DNA of 35,498 nucleotides from Bigelowiella natans CCMP2755 (lineage: Eukaryota > Protista > Cercozoa). Below, piece by piece: positions 35,018 to 35,498 of this stretch. The notes beneath the pieces were generated by a model. The model had not been told where the DNA came from. It made no database searches and worked only from the letters and a program-made list of their open reading frames with translations. The DNA lies in NCBI GenBank assembly GCA_000320545.1, contig ADNK01000527.1, forward strand, positions 1 through 35,498. The letters run 5' to 3'. Each line of letters starts with the position of its first letter. The stretch's first letter is position 1. The translations under genes were made by a program, and so were the position numbers.

Positions 35018-35498
35018 AGGCCGGTCGTTTGATAGTGGCTGATAGATATAAGCACAGCTGCTGCTGGAGATAGATGCGCTGCCGTGGGTTTGTTGTTCAG
35101 CGTCACTTCTACTACTACTAGTACACCTACTACTACTACTACTACTACTACCCAAGCTTGTAATCAGCTGTAGCTGATGCTTCGATACCAGCTGCTACCT
35201 GCGATTTATCGATGTACACGTGAGAGGAGAGGGGTCACGCTTATCAACAATGTGTGACATAAGAACTCGAGGTCGCTGCTAGGATGATTACGATGATGAT
35301 GCTAGTAGTCCCACCGCAAACCGCAACCACGAGGGCGCCGAAAATAATACTACATCGCCAGCTGTGTCATGTTTTCTTCGTATCATCGGCGTCCAGATTC
35401 TTTCTTCACGTTCATTCGTGGCGGCAGGATTCCGCCTCTCAGCATCTCCTTCCCCCCCTCCTCCCCCCCTCCCCCCCCTCCCCCACCCCCAAACAACC
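34019..35498 (-). CDS. PP2C/PPM-family protein phosphatase, 3' part; multi-exon, 5' end outside window
   Basis: Spliced product: ...DYKL|GLSVSRAFGDRDFKAPHALVSADPE|IQTIELSKESDLFLILGCDGVWDVLSNKEAVE|VVAAHLALFDAKKASLALVEAAKER|GSGDDLTAHVIVFQENKHRIAGIMEELPEDDADA*. Motifs SRAFGD, CDGVWD and GSxDD are present. Confidence 0.93.
34938..35012. repeat. Compound (GAG)n(GA)n microsatellite
   Basis: Directly visible in a PP2C intron, directly upstream of the splice acceptor on the minus strand. Confidence 0.95.

Noticed and set aside
1-35498. CRISPR array, prokaryotic operon or defence island, transposon, or nucleomorph origin
   Set aside because: There is no repeat-spacer array and no transposase, RT or terminal repeats. 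The moderate GC content and introns far longer than about 20 nt exclude chlorarachniophyte nucleomorph DNA.

Overview
This is eukaryotic nuclear DNA, not prokaryotic: it is intron-rich (GT-AG), gene-dense and carries many intronic microsatellites. Most ORFs in the six-frame track are artefacts or single exons, so genes were reconstructed by hand-splicing and exon boundaries are approximate. A green-algal-type PsbQ carrying an ER signal peptide points to an alga with a secondary green plastid, most likely a chlorarachniophyte (inference). Twelve genes were reconstructed and they alternate strand throughout: class-3 lipase with a KMP-repeat tail (+, 5' partial), type II membrane glycosyltransferase-like protein (-), signal-peptide-bearing zeta-toxin-like P-loop protein (+), PsbQ (-), ICMT/PEMT-family methyltransferase (+), Elf1-like zinc-ribbon protein with a leader ending in RLRGG (-), EEP-family phosphoesterase (+), small PH-domain protein (-), E2F (+), intronless type II LOG (-), intronless membrane protein (+), PP2C (-, 5' partial). 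The most interesting signals are the Elf1 homologue with a signal-like leader and ubiquitin-like LRGG junction (candidate nucleomorph-targeted factor), the strand alternation with distinctive TGCA/GCTAGC-rich convergent spacers, and the head-to-head secretory GT-like and zeta-like pair. No RNA genes, CRISPR arrays or mobile elements were recognised.
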